From Epiperipatus broadwayi (taxonomy: Eukaryota; Animalia; Onychophora): 64,000 nucleotides of DNA. The stretch covers positions 11,904,001-11,968,000 of the forward strand of contig JAQFVV010000008.1 in the NCBI GenBank assembly GCA_028023455.1, in the 5' to 3' direction. Shown piece by piece: positions 51,295-63,956 of the stretch (position 1 is the stretch's first letter; each line of letters starts with the position of its first letter). A program made the position numbers and the translations under genes. The notes under the pieces were generated by a model. It had not been told where the DNA came from. It did not search any database and saw only the letters and a program-made list of their open reading frames with translations.

Positions 51295-54200
51295 GATATT
51301 GGATGAGTAGGCACTAAATAGAGATTTTATGCACATACCTTTCTGCATCCATTAATTATTCTGGTTTGCACTAAGTGGTGCTGTTATATGGAGAGTTTTG
51401 CCTCTGTGTTAACAATTTGTGTAATCATAAAGAATAGTGATCATGTGATATTTAGTGTATTATTTACATTGTGGTTCTTATTCTCATTCATTCATTTACT
51501 TTAATTTGGGTTTGATGAATTTATGGGAATACTAGATATGTTATTTTTATAACAATTTTACTTGTGTTATTATTACCAGCATAACCACTATTTGTCTTAT
51601 GATCTGTAGTTCTAATGTCTTCCATAAAGGCTAGTGTAATGAAAGTAAAAAGATTTAGTATGATTATAAACTGGGCAAATATCTTAATTTGCATAATGCT
51701 CATAAATTAGAATTGGTTACAAGTTAAGATAAATAAATATTTTCTGATTGACAAATAGGCACTGATAACACAAAATGTCCTGATTATCTCATTATGTATA
51801 CATATAGTCTTACTAAAAATGTTATTGTCTTATTAAAAAAATAATAAATCAAAACTAATATCAAATACGTATTTTTATTAAAAATATTTTCGTAGGTATG
51901 TATACTATAATAATTTTAACCATAAAAAATATGAAAGCTGATTAATATTACGTAAAAAAATAATAATTTAAAAGTCTATGTATTTGTCTGAAGGTTTGTG
52001 TGGGTGGTATATTAGATGTGATAATGGACTATTTCCATTATCTATCATTAAATATTGAATGTATAGAAAATTTTAAACTTTATTTAAACTTTTCAGTAAT
52101 AACACACAAATAGATAATACACGTTAGCAGTTATGCAATGTTTCGAATAGTAGTATTCTCCACTCTTCTTCAGTCTATATAAAATGATGGAAATCTAAAA
52201 CTTAATTTATAATTTGCTTATCTTTTTTATCTCCTAGTGATACAATTGTTGTATATACTTTATTTTTATTTTAAAAGTATTTTACTTGGTGCCTTTTTTC
52301 TCAAATGTCATTGTCAACAGTAGTGAGAATTTAATTTTATATATATATATTTTATCTTTGGTACAACAAGTGTAATCCAGTTAACATTTTTATTATCATC
52401 TATCTCAGTGCCCTTAATGAATGAGAGTTAGGCTTATCTATGTCCTTCTATAGTGATGATTACTTTTGACTTCTACTTTATACAGTTATTTAAAATAGTA
52501 GGTAATAAAACAGAATGCAAAAATATTTTGGAAAATTTGATGATTTATTAGTTGTCAATTTGCCAAAATCCACTTCAATAATTATTTATCAGTCATTTTC
52601 CTACTTAGATACTATTCACTGTTTTTGTTATTAATGCTATCAATCATCATGATTTATTCTTCTTCCAATCAGTTTTTTTCACTTTTTATTAGAAAATGAC
52701 TTAATACATCTGAATCTGGAATGATTTAATCTTCTTCCAAATATTCTTTTTATATTTTTAATTAGAAAATGATTTAATACAACTGCATAGAGAATATTTT
52801 CTCCATGTACATATATCGTGGCAGCAGATTAAACTAGTAAGTCATTTTTGATAATAACTGGTGTAATAAATTCTTTTTAACTACTAATATATCCAATAGT
52901 ATCTTATGATCAGTATAACTGTAATTTTTTTTATAGATATATGGTTATAAAATGTCCCAATAACAATATTACCATCAAGGTCTTCTTATCAACTTCTGTG
53001 TTATTATGTTCAGTCTTGTATAATATATTTAATGTGAAACTATACTTTTATATGGGCTTTATATGTCATCTCAATGGAAGCATGACTGCATAAATTCTAC
53101 TCTATTGGTGATACATACTACATAAGGATTAATTCTTTCTCAGAAACATAGTAATTCAAATCTATAATCCTGATTAAATTTCTGCATATTTATCCAGATT
53201 CATCTTGTTCCTCTTTTTAAAAATCAGTATAGAGATTCTGCAAGAGGAATAAAACTTTTGTAATTGTAATTAAATCCAAAAATACTTGAAGTTTTTTTAC
53301 ATTAAAGGATTTTCTCACTTCTGTGACTGTCTTAATCTTTAATGCTTAAATAACTCCAATTTTTATGTTTTAAATTTATATATTTCAGGACTAATTATTA
53401 GGCCTGCATTATATAATGTTATAAAGTGTTTAACACAATTTAAGAGAGTTCTCTATTATTGACAATAAGTAAAAAAATCATTAAAATGTAGTAGAGCTTC
53501 TGGTACTGTTAATTGATTACTCCAAACACTAGACCATTTCAAAAAAACTGCAGTCTATTAACTTCGTGCCAATTCTTATGGGAATAAAACCTTGCACTTT
53601 TAATGATTCATTTTCTTTTGATATTTGTGGATATGCATTTTTAGAATAATTTTAGGAAGAAAAAAAACTTTTCTGTGAGATTCAACATAACAGTTTTTAT
53701 TAATGATGATAATGATTTATTGATAATGCTATATTTATGCTGCATTTATAATCAATACAATTTCTAATCTTTTCACTTCCCTTTACAGTAGGGTTATCTC
53801 ACTGAGTAATTATTTGATTTTATTAATCCTTTGTTTCCAGATGATTCAACTCCACTTGACTTCAATGGGAATAGAAGCAGCTCACAGTAAAAATGATCAA
53901 TTAAAAATACTTATTTATTATCAAATGGGTGGTAATCATTACAATGTCATGATCTTTTAGAAAAACTTTGGAATACTATTTTAATTAATGAATACTATTG
54001 TTTATTTCAACTTTTTGAAACAATATATAATAGATTATTATGGTCACATCAGATACCAGTAAAGTAACAATTTTTTTTTTCCATTTGCAAAATTATTTCA
54101 GTTTCTTCTGACAAAGATACATTATTAAAAATTAGTAATGCATTAAGTCTCAATTTATTCTCATTCTCCTATTTATTTTAGATCATGCTGTCACTCATGT

Positions 54201-54519
54201 TATCGATTCCGCTGACCATATGCACTTGATAGTCATTGATAAAAATCTAGGTTTCTTTTTTTTTAGGTCACAATTTCTTTTTAATGTTTTATTCTCATTA
54301 GTCTTATCATTAAATTTATTTTCATTTTGGGTTTCTATACTTAGCAAATCATACCATCTCTATATGGTTTATTTTTACCCATAGTTTTTGCATTTTAAAA
54401 TTTGCCTGACATTTGATTATTATTTCAGTTATTGCGATAATACCTCTTTTGTTGCAAACTTATTTATGCTTCTTTTTCCCCTTTATTTTTAATATTACTT
54501 AGCTTTGCTTATTAAATGG

Positions 54520-54970
54520 ATGGCTTATCTAGATATCATCTCCACTAGCATCACTTGTAACAGACTATTGAAATCATGTTTCTCTATTGAAAGCCTAATT
54601 CTTAAATTGCAATCTATCTTTTGACATATGAATTTATCTCTCAATGCCTTTTTCAAGAATATTCCAAATACATAGCCCTTTCTGTTTTGCCCAAAGTAAA
54701 ATGTCGCATTATGCCAATGGCTCTAGATTAACAAAGCTCATTAATAAGTCTATATTTTTTTTTCATAAAACAGTTCTGAAGTCTGCTTTGGGATGGATTA
54801 TGTACATTAATTCTATGGTTGGATCATATATTCTTGCTAGTGTAGTGAATGTTAATTCTTTACTAATGTTGCTTGCATTAAAATAAAATTTTAGCTTATC
54901 TAAATATGACAACCAATTACTTGGGGTTGAGGAGTCAAATTCCTTCATTAATTCAATTTTTACCATTGTA
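54520..54970 (-). pseudogene. Isolated Mag-like Gypsy gag N-terminal remnant
   Basis: EFDSSTPSNWLSYLDKLKFYFNASNI and ALRDKFI; similar to the gag start at about 37700-37800. Confidence 0.65.
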
Positions 54971-55119
54971 AATTTTTAATATTTTTTTATCTTATTTACT
55001 TATTGGATTTCTAATCTCTTTATCTAAGTTTATCCTCATTATCAGTCATTTTTTGTAATGTTTAGGAAATAATGATGTGTTTAAGTGATGCTTATGGCCT
55101 TAGCTACTATAAACTAATC

Positions 55120-58100
55120 ATTTTCAAATATTAACAGATTTTGAACATGATTCAGATTTGAAGAAAATCAATAGGAAGATAACTGATAGACTTTTAAAAA
55201 GTGCAACAAAAATAGCTGGTACAAAAAGTAGCAATTGACCAATAAAATTTCTATTGAGACAAGAAGGTTTATAAAGAAAAGAAGGAATATAAAACATCAA
55301 AAATACATTAAGAAAGACTGAATATCTCTACTTTTGTAAAATGGTGTGAAAAAAGGCTGATAATGATATAAGAAAGTATAATTGTGAACTAGCAAGGAAA
55401 GCTATAGAAGAAAATAAAAGTCTGAAGAGTATAAAACAAAATCTTGGTATTGATAGGAAACTTATTTTTTTCAATAAGAAAAAAATATAGAACTATTACT
55501 AACGAGAGAGATGATATCATGAAATATGTAGAAAAGTTCTATCAAGAATTAAATAGAAATAAAGAACAAAGAAAAGTATCTCATATAACTATTATATCTT
55601 CTGAATTGCCCTGAATTTTAAATGAGAAAGTGAGACATGCAATTAAATTTAAAAAGAAGGGGAAAGCTCCAAGTAATCATGGAATTATAATCGATATCTT
55701 GAAAAAAATAAGTGAAGAAATAGAACTTTTTTTGGCAAAGTTATATATCAAATGTCTAAATGATAAAGATGTACCAAATGATTGGAAGAATGCAGTATTC
55801 ATATTAATAAATAAAAAAGGTGATGAAGAAGATATTAGAAATTACAGACACATCAGTCTTTTATCAGTTCTACAAATTTTTTTTATCAAAATAATTACAA
55901 CTCATCTCAGTAAACTTTGGATTTTATCCAACAAAAAAAAAAAAAAAAATCAAGCTGGATTTAAAAATGGTTTTAGTACAAATGGATCATATTCAAGTAC
56001 TAAGAGAAGTTATAGAAAGGACCCTTCTCAATGTTGACTTTCCTAGTATCATTATGTAATATGATTGTTGCTGTTGCATTTTTATAAATATTCTTTAAAA
56101 TATGATAATATCCTGGATCTATATATTGATGATACAATGCTTTAATCACTGAAAAAATATTTATAGAATCAAATGCCTTTTTATAATCTACAAATCCAAA
56201 GCATAACGGCAACTTATATTCATTTGTTCTTTCTATAACTTCTTTCAATACTTGGATATGATATAGTGTACTAAACCACTTTTAAGCTTGTTCTCTTGGT
56301 TGGTGGAAATCCAATGTTCTCTGTAGACAAGTTATAATTATCTTGGTAAAAATTTTGTATAAAACTGGTAAAAGGCTGATGAGTCTGTAATTTCTAATAT
56401 CTTCTTTATCACCTTTTTAAATATTAATATTAATACTGCATTCTTCCAATCATCTGGTACATCTTTATCATTTAGACATTTGGTATATAACTTTGCTAAA
56501 AAATGTATATTTCTTCATAAATTTAATTGCATGTCTCAGTTCTTTATTTAAAATTCTGGGCAATTTAGAAAATATAATTGAAATAGGAAGTAATTGTTCT
56601 TTATTATTATATAATTCTTGATAGAAGTCTTCTATCCATTTCATGATGTCATCTCTCTTTTTAGTAATAATTCCATCTTTTTTCCTTATTGTAGGTATAA
56701 ATTTCCAACCAATACCAAAATATTGTTTTACACTCTTCTCTTCTATAGCTTTTCTTGCTAGTTCACACTTATACTTTCTTATATCATTTTCAACTCTTTT
56801 CCATACCATTTTACAAAATTTGAGGTATTCAATCCTTTTTAATGCATCATTTTTGTATATCTTCATATTCCTTCTTTTCTTCATAATTTCTCTAGTCTCA
56901 GCAGAAATTTTTAAAAGTGCATCAGTTATTTTCTTATTAATTTCATTCAAATCTGAATCATGTTCAAAATCTACTAATACTTGAAACCAATTTGTAAGTT
57001 CTAATTTAAATTCATTAGAATGTTTTTGAAGATTAGGAATATCAACTATAAATATAGGTTTTTCTTAATAATTTTTGTCTCTCTCTAGTTTTGCATAACA
57101 CGTATCTTACATCTTACTAATTGATGATCACTTCCTGTGTTGAATTTATTAAGAACATTACAATCTTGAAATATGCATTTTCTGTTAGTCAAAATGTAAT
57201 TCAATTCTGCTGTACCTTCATTTGGATGCTTTCATGTCCATTTAACATTTTTCTCAAAAAAAGAATTCATAATATAATTTTTTTCTTTTTCTGCAAACTC
57301 CACAAGTCTATGTTCTCTTTCATTTCTATGGCCATAACCAAAATTACCTACAGAACTTTCATCTTTCATTTGATTACTAATTTTAGCATTAGTCTCCCAT
57401 AACAATTTTAAAATGTTGTTTACTCTGTTCAAAAGCCTTCATCAATATAAAAATCTTCTACTACTTCATCACTATGAGAACTTGTTGGGGCATAAACCTG
57501 AATTATCTGCATTTTGTATCTGTTATTAAGTTGTAAAACTAATCTTGCCACTCTGTCTGATACACCATCAATCTCCACAATGTTATTCTTCCATTTTTTT
57601 ATTTATAATGAATCCTACTCCACTTGTATTTCCAATATTTGTGTCTTTATAGTAGAGTGAATGTTCACCTTTTAAATCAATTGTCTCTTCACCTTTTCTT
57701 CTAACTTCACAAAGTCCAATAACGTCCCATTTAATATAAAATAGTTCTTTTTCTAATTCTTGCAATCTTCCTTCATTTGAAAGTGATGTGCAGTTGTAAG
57801 TACCTAAATAAAAAGTTGGCATCCATCTCCAGCCACCAACCAATGTCTTGATTGGTGACTTTACAGCCTCCTGAGAATGCCTATGGATTTGAAATGTTTT
57901 TACTAGTTTTTTTATATATAAATCAAGACTTAAATACTTAACAGAAAGGAAATATGGAGACTTAAGTCACTCAATGAATTGTGAACATATATGTACTGGA
58001 TAAAATATGAAGAGATAAAAAGCAAACTAACTTGAATGAGAGAACAAATAACTATTACTGATATCATTGACAGAATGAAGATACTGAAATGGAACTTGGC

Positions 58101-58300
58101 TAGATATATTGCTAGAAGATATGATAATAGATGGACAAATGAGTCTTTAATGTGATCCTAAGAAATATCAGATGTGAAATGAGTGGATGAAATAAGAAAG
58201 TTTGTTTATGTGATATAGAGTGTAAAAAAAGACTGTGGACAGAATAAACTGGATTAAACTTGGAGAGACCTTCCTGCAGAAAATTGACAATATTTAAAAA
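55120..58300. mobile_element. Rearranged RTE cluster: plus fragment 55120-56022, minus fragment 56023-57890 (5' UTR to mid-RT), plus-strand 3' end 57890-58300
   Basis: Each block is colinear with the 9871-12889 copy (ORFs 55630-56037, 56000-56248, 56468-56950, 57232-57432, 57583-57843). Confidence 0.85.
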
Positions 58301-59314
58301 ATGATAATTAATGGGTTTAGTGATGGAAATAAAGTGTGTCTTGAAAATAAATGTAATATAATATTTCTTATCAGGTACTGTGCTCAGGTTACTGATGAGC
58401 TTCCTCTGGTGGCAAATTGTGGAATGTTCTTCTGATAAATATTGCCTTTACTAAGAGCATAAATTAATGCTTTGTAGGATAGGATATTGATTTATTAAAT
58501 GTTAGGTACTATTGCAAATGCAAATAATCTTTTCTATCTCTATTTTTGCCTTCTTAAGTCATCATGAGCTTTTCATGTCATCAGACATTCCACATGTTAA
58601 TTTAACAATAAGATTGTGTCTTTCTGCAACAGTATTTCTATCTTTTAATTACACACAGCATTTCTGACTACATTTCTCATTTTCTTTTTTAGCTCAAGCC
58701 CTTGAAAATTAAGAAATTGATAGGATAGAACTAGTATGTTGGCAATTCTTAGTATAATTTTTGCTCAAAGCAAATAAAGTGACAATTCAGTTTAGAACTG
58801 AATTTGAATGAGGTAAGAGTTTCATCTAGTAAAGATTGAATGTTTATATAGCCTCATTTATAAACCCACTACCTATCATGGAAACAGAAGGGCCTACAAA
58901 ATGTTCTGTCATATAGTCTGGCTAGGTTATAGTGTTAGAAATAATAATGATAAAGATATACATAAGAGATTATGACTTAAACTGATTATTGAATGCTGGT
59001 TCAATACAAAATGTATCTTGGGATCATTTGGCTATACAAGTATCCTTATTCACATATTTCAAGAATATGTGGAATGGAGATTATTAAGTATATCTATAAA
59101 ACAAATGAACATTGCAAGAATTTCTAAAAGTGTGTTTCCTGTTGAACTTGAGCATGGATTTTATGGGTTAGATAGATCTATCTATTTTCATAAAATTATT
59201 TCAAAAACATTTGTAAAGAAGTGCACTGTCATTTTGTTGCCATTGAGAAGATAGGTCAGAGAATAAAATACATTAGAGAGGTACAGTTAAACATGGTGTT
59301 GAAGTATTTGTCTC

Positions 59315-59541
59315 TGAAATGAAAACAAGTTAAACTCACTATATGTATTGCCACACACAACAAGCTAGAGTAATCAATGGATGCCAGAAGGCTTGTGTAT
59401 AAAATTCCCATCTAGTGCCTACTCATCCAATATCCCCAGACTAGTTTCTGGCTCGTGGCCTTCGTCAGTGTGGCAATATGTATAGTAAGTTTTGCCTGTT
59501 TTCATAACAGTTATAAGCAAGCATAAGAAATGGTGATAATG
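59315..59541. mobile_element. Family A hairpin + 36-nt tail with 15-bp TSD
   Basis: Inverted ends ATGAAAACAAG..TTGCCACAC and GTGTGGCAA..CTGTTTTCAT. TGAAGTATTTGTCTC at 59300-59314 and TGAAGTACTTGTCTC at 59542-59556. Confidence 0.8.
59433..59473 (-). ncRNA. Type I hammerhead motif, best-preserved family A copy
   Basis: CCACA-CTGACGA-A-GGC-CACGA-GCC-A-GAAA-CTA-GTC-TGGGG; palindromic ACTAGT stem III. Confidence 0.65.
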
Positions 59542-60739
59542 TGAAGTACTTGTCTCATAAAATATCTAGTTAACAGAAAAATGGACCACTATGCTCTATA
59601 CGTGGACATATTTGTGTTTCATTGATAGGTTTATATAATCATTGCAAAACTCATTTTAGAGGATTTTTTTCTCTTCTTTTTTCCTTGGAGTTAAAATTGG
59701 CCATACTATACTCGTTTATGAGTGGCTGTTGTTTTAATATTCAAATCTCAACAAATACTATAAGAAATATATTTTAATTAATAATAAATGAATTGTGTAT
59801 GATTTTTATATTAAATTGATTTTCATTAATATTTCTTTGACTGATGAAAAAACAGTTAATGTTAGGGGAAAAAGAGCATCGAATGATTTTTGGAGTGCCT
59901 TTGTATTCTATACCATAAAGAAAAAATATTTTATTTTTGTAATCTTTTAATGAAAAAAAAACTTCTACAATGTTTTATTTATAAATTTATACATTAACAT
60001 ACACTTTAATTACACAAACGACTGCTATAATTTGCACTAAAAGTTGATGTTTTTACTCGCAATTTGATTTTTATTGTTTCATTTTTCACTAGAGGGCAGA
60101 GTAGTAAGTTTTGGGATTTTCCCATTGTCATTTCATTTTCATATCTGCAAATTTTTATCAGTACAGTATACCGAAAGTACGTGTCTAATCTTTTTTTTCC
60201 TCGTTATTATGAAATAAATATCTGAAGTAATCTAACTTTTCGCGAACTTTGGAAAATATATGAATTAAAAGTAAGTTATAAAAAAGACAAAATTTATTTT
60301 TTAAAGTAGTCAATGTAATTGTTTTATTAAATATTTATGATATTAACTTGTACATATAAATTCATACCCATGAACTTTGATTCTTAATATTTGAAAATTT
60401 GCCTTTATTATATGTATGACATTAACGGATATATGGCTGAAAATATTTAATCTTGGACTTCTTAATTTTTAATTAGATATTTTTCTACAAGCTATATTTT
60501 GCCATTATCGTTTATATCCTTTACTGCTATTTTTAATAATTTACAAATAGATATTTATAATGTAATATAAATACTGCGACAAATATCGAAATGATTGCAA
60601 GAAGTGTACTAAAAAAAGTTCGGTAATTGACATTTTTAGAAATTAACAATTGCTATATATGGAAACTAAATTTATAGAAAGTTGGTTAAAATTATTTATG
60701 TAATTGCGTTGTTGGTTTGTTACAAATAATATTAATGCG

Positions 60740-63050
60740 GTGTTAATCATTTTCTACCATTTTTGGTACTCTGAGGATGATCTCCAAAGTTTTAGTTTCT
60801 TCTATTTTCATCCATCCATATCTTACCACGTCTTTTTTTAACGATGTCTTGGGATACAATTTTAAACTCCAACTTATTATGTACTATCATTTCTTACAGT
60901 ATGTTCAGGCCAGCTCCATTTTGATCTCATATTGTTATTCCTCTAGATATAATAAATACTTCCCCACTCGTTTTAAATTCATTTAAATAAAGATATAAGA
61001 CATTATTCCTAGTATACATCTTTACCCATATTGTTGAGTAGTTTGAAGTCTGTATTGTTCAACTGTTAAGTTCCATAAGTAAGAATGAATAAAACATCTA
61101 TTTAAAACCTTTTTCAAAATGTATTTCCTTTCAATACTACATTATTTCTATCAAAAATATTCCATTCAAGTTTAATTCTATTTCATTCTCTATGTTTTCA
61201 TCTATTAGTAATTTATTCATAGTATTTGTACTCTTGAATTAATTCATAATTATCAAACTTTTTTCTTTCTGAGAAAATCCGGTAAACATTACTTTAATCT
61301 TTTTAGCATTTATCTTTAATCCTACATTCTTGTTTCCATGTAAAAATTCTTGCAACATTTCTTGAAGTACTGAAATACTATTTGCAAAAGTAATCACATC
61401 ATACAAAATTTAGATGACTTAAATAATTTTCATTTACTTTTTCTTATTTACTTAACCATTTTAAGTCACATAATAATCACCCTGTTGTACACCATTCCCA
61501 GTGTTAGTCTTTATTTTGTTTGTTATTACTCCATGTAATCTAATGGTTGTTGCATTACAATAAATATTCTTCAGAATACGATTTTGAATATGACTTTATT
61601 CTGGATTTATATCTTAATGCCTTTTCATAATCTACAAATCCAAAGCATAATGGAGACATATATTCATTAGTTTTTTCAACATCTCAATATTTGGATATGA
61701 TCTAGTTTGTGTTTTTTTTTGGTTAGTTAGAATCCAAAATTCATTGTAGATAAGTTGTAATTATCTTGGTAAAGATTTTGTATAGAATTGGGGGAAGGCA
61801 GATAGATTTATCATTTCTTATATCCTTATTATTTTTTTTTTAAATATCAATATTTTTACTGCATTCTTTCAGTCATCTAATGCATCTTTATCTCTTAAAT
61901 ATTTGGTAAAGAGTTTTGACAACAATATTTTTTCACCTATGGTTTTTTAAAGTTATCAATAATAATGTCATTACCAGAGCTTTTCCCTTCTTGATATATT
62001 TAATTGCATGCCTCATCTTTTCTTTTAAAATATTTAGCACTTTAACGATAAAATTGCAAGGAATAATTTCTTTTCTTGTTTTTCATTACTATATAATTCT
62101 TTATGGAATTTTCAACACATTTCATGATGTCATTTCTTTTTTTTTAGTAATAATTCCATCTTTGCTTTTTAAAACTGGCAAAACTCTCCATACAGTAGTG
62201 CCACTCAGTGCAAGCCAGAGTAATCAATGGATGACAGATAGGGGTGCACTAGATAGGGATTTTATGCACAAGCTTTCTGGCATCCATTGATTACTCTGCC
62301 TTGCACTGAGTGGCACTACTGTATGGAGAGTTTTGCCTGTTTTAATAACAATTATGAGCAAGCATAAGAAATGGTGATCATGTAATCTTTGCTATTTATT
62401 ACTGAAACACCATTCTTTCCAATACTAAAATGTTGAGGCTTATTCACTTCTATAATTTTCCTTGCCAATTCACAATTATATTTTTGTATATTTTTACAAA
62501 ACTCTAGACATTCAATTTTTTTTTTTAAAGGATCATTTTTAAAAAATCTTATATTTATACCCTATTGGCAAACGGTTACTGTATTTGTATTAGTTTTCTT
62601 GTAAATTATTGATTTCAGTCAAATTTGAATCATCTTCAAAAACTGTTAATATTTTAAAATGATTTATATTTTAAATTCTTTGGTTTGTTTCTGGAAATTA
62701 GAAATATCACCTGTTAATACTGATTTACAACTTTCATCTGCTTAGTTTTACATTAACACTTACCTTACATCTCATTAATTGATCACTTACTGTGTTGAAT
62801 TTTTTAAGAACATTATAGTCTTTCTATTAATCAAATTATAATCCAATTCTGTTGTATTTCATTTAGATGATTCCATGATTATTTTTATTTAACATTTTTT
62901 TCAAAGAAAAAGCCACAATATATAGTTTTTCTGCAAACTCTACAAGTTTGTTTCCAAATTTTCTTTCAGCATTTTTATCTTTCAATTGTTTATCAATTTG
63001 AGTATTAAAATCTTTCATGATATTTTTAAAATGTACTTGTGACTTTTGAC
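60740..63050 (-). mobile_element. Degraded 5'-truncated RTE copy, interrupted at 62171-62384
   Basis: The minus strand is colinear with the main RTE from the APE (FKNIMKDFN) through GVQQGD to the KWSW..H and WMDE 3' region. Confidence 0.75.
62171..62384 (+). mobile_element. Family A hairpin (~65-bp arms) + 40-nt tail with 13-bp TSD, inserted in an RTE
   Basis: Near-perfect inverted repeat 62171-62344. ATCTTTGCTTTTT at 62158-62170 and ATCTTTGCTATTT at 62385-62397. Confidence 0.85.
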
Positions 63051-63420
63051 CCATGTGGCCAACAGAGGCGCTGGTCGGGGTCAACCACAGAAATACTTAG
63101 AATAGGGGCCCCAAATGCAGCAATGCAAATTTCAGCCGATAGGTGGTGCTGTTCACAATGTGTAAGCACATGAACATTCCACCAGCTGGCTGGCAGCAAA
63201 GCTGCCCGCTTGGTGGCACTGGTCACAATGCATAAGCCCATTTAGCTTACAGTCTGCTACCAGCGACTACCAAGAACCTAGGTGGCACCGATTGCTATAA
63301 ACACATCTAGCTTATGTGTTGTCTGCTACCAGAAACTACCAAGATTCTAGCCCACTACATGGCGCTATTTCTCCACGTTACACACGGAAAAACAACGCAC
63401 TGATAGAGTTTATGTACATA
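63050..63420. repeat. Unclassified GC-richer segment with a ~68-bp internal direct repeat
   Basis: GTCTGCTACCAG..ACTACCAAGA at about 63252 and 63320; GC content is far above the flanks. Confidence 0.4.
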
Positions 63421-63956
63421 CTACTTAAAAGATGAATGGCATATAATGTACAGGTGTGATTAATTAAGAAGCTACAACTATTTAAATATTCTTTCAAACT
63501 TAATAGTATCACATGCTATTTCACAGTTTTATAAATGGATATATTTTTAAATTATTTTTTTTTAAAAATTGATCTTTTTTTTTTTTTAATTATTTACTCT
63601 AAAAGTGGGTTTTTTTTTTTAAATTAAAAAAAATGTAATTTTTACGACAATTGGGGTTTTTTTTTTTTTACGACAATTGGGGTTTTTTTTTTTGTAAAAA
63701 AAAGCTAATTTTTTTCCCCTTCTTTCAAAACTAGAGACATTCCAAAGATAAAATCTAATATATTTAATTAATAGGGGCTTTACTAATAAATAGCTATGGT
63801 CAATTAGTGAATTGGATTGATTTAATAATGAGACAGAAACTGATATATGATGAATTATATTTATTGACAAATTTCATATATACTTGATATAACCCATTAC
63901 TTAGCGTTGGATAATGCACACAGGCATTTTATTTACTAAACAACATTACTCTAGAC

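Larger units (their letters stand above)
50752..51459. mobile_element. Family A element: ~455-bp monomer plus partial repeat (minus), joined to an inverted hammerhead-containing copy and tail; 10-bp TSD
   Basis: GGCAAAACTCTCCATA.AGTAGTGCCA starts at 50755 and 51211; inverted copy from 51259. TTATTTACAT at 50742-50751 and 51460-51469. Confidence 0.82.

Noticed and set aside
58390-58430. Isolated hammerhead CTGATGAGC...GGCAAAT
   Set aside because: No GAAA, no convincing stems I or III, and no supporting element structure.
62171-62344. Kolobok or piggyBac MITE with TTAA TSD
   Set aside because: The TTAA lies inside the family sequence. The real duplication is 13 bp and lies beyond a 40-nt tail, as in other family A copies.
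63610-63700. Tandem TTTTTACGACAATTGGGG duplication
   Set aside because: Embedded in homopolymer runs; probably assembly noise or simple slippage.
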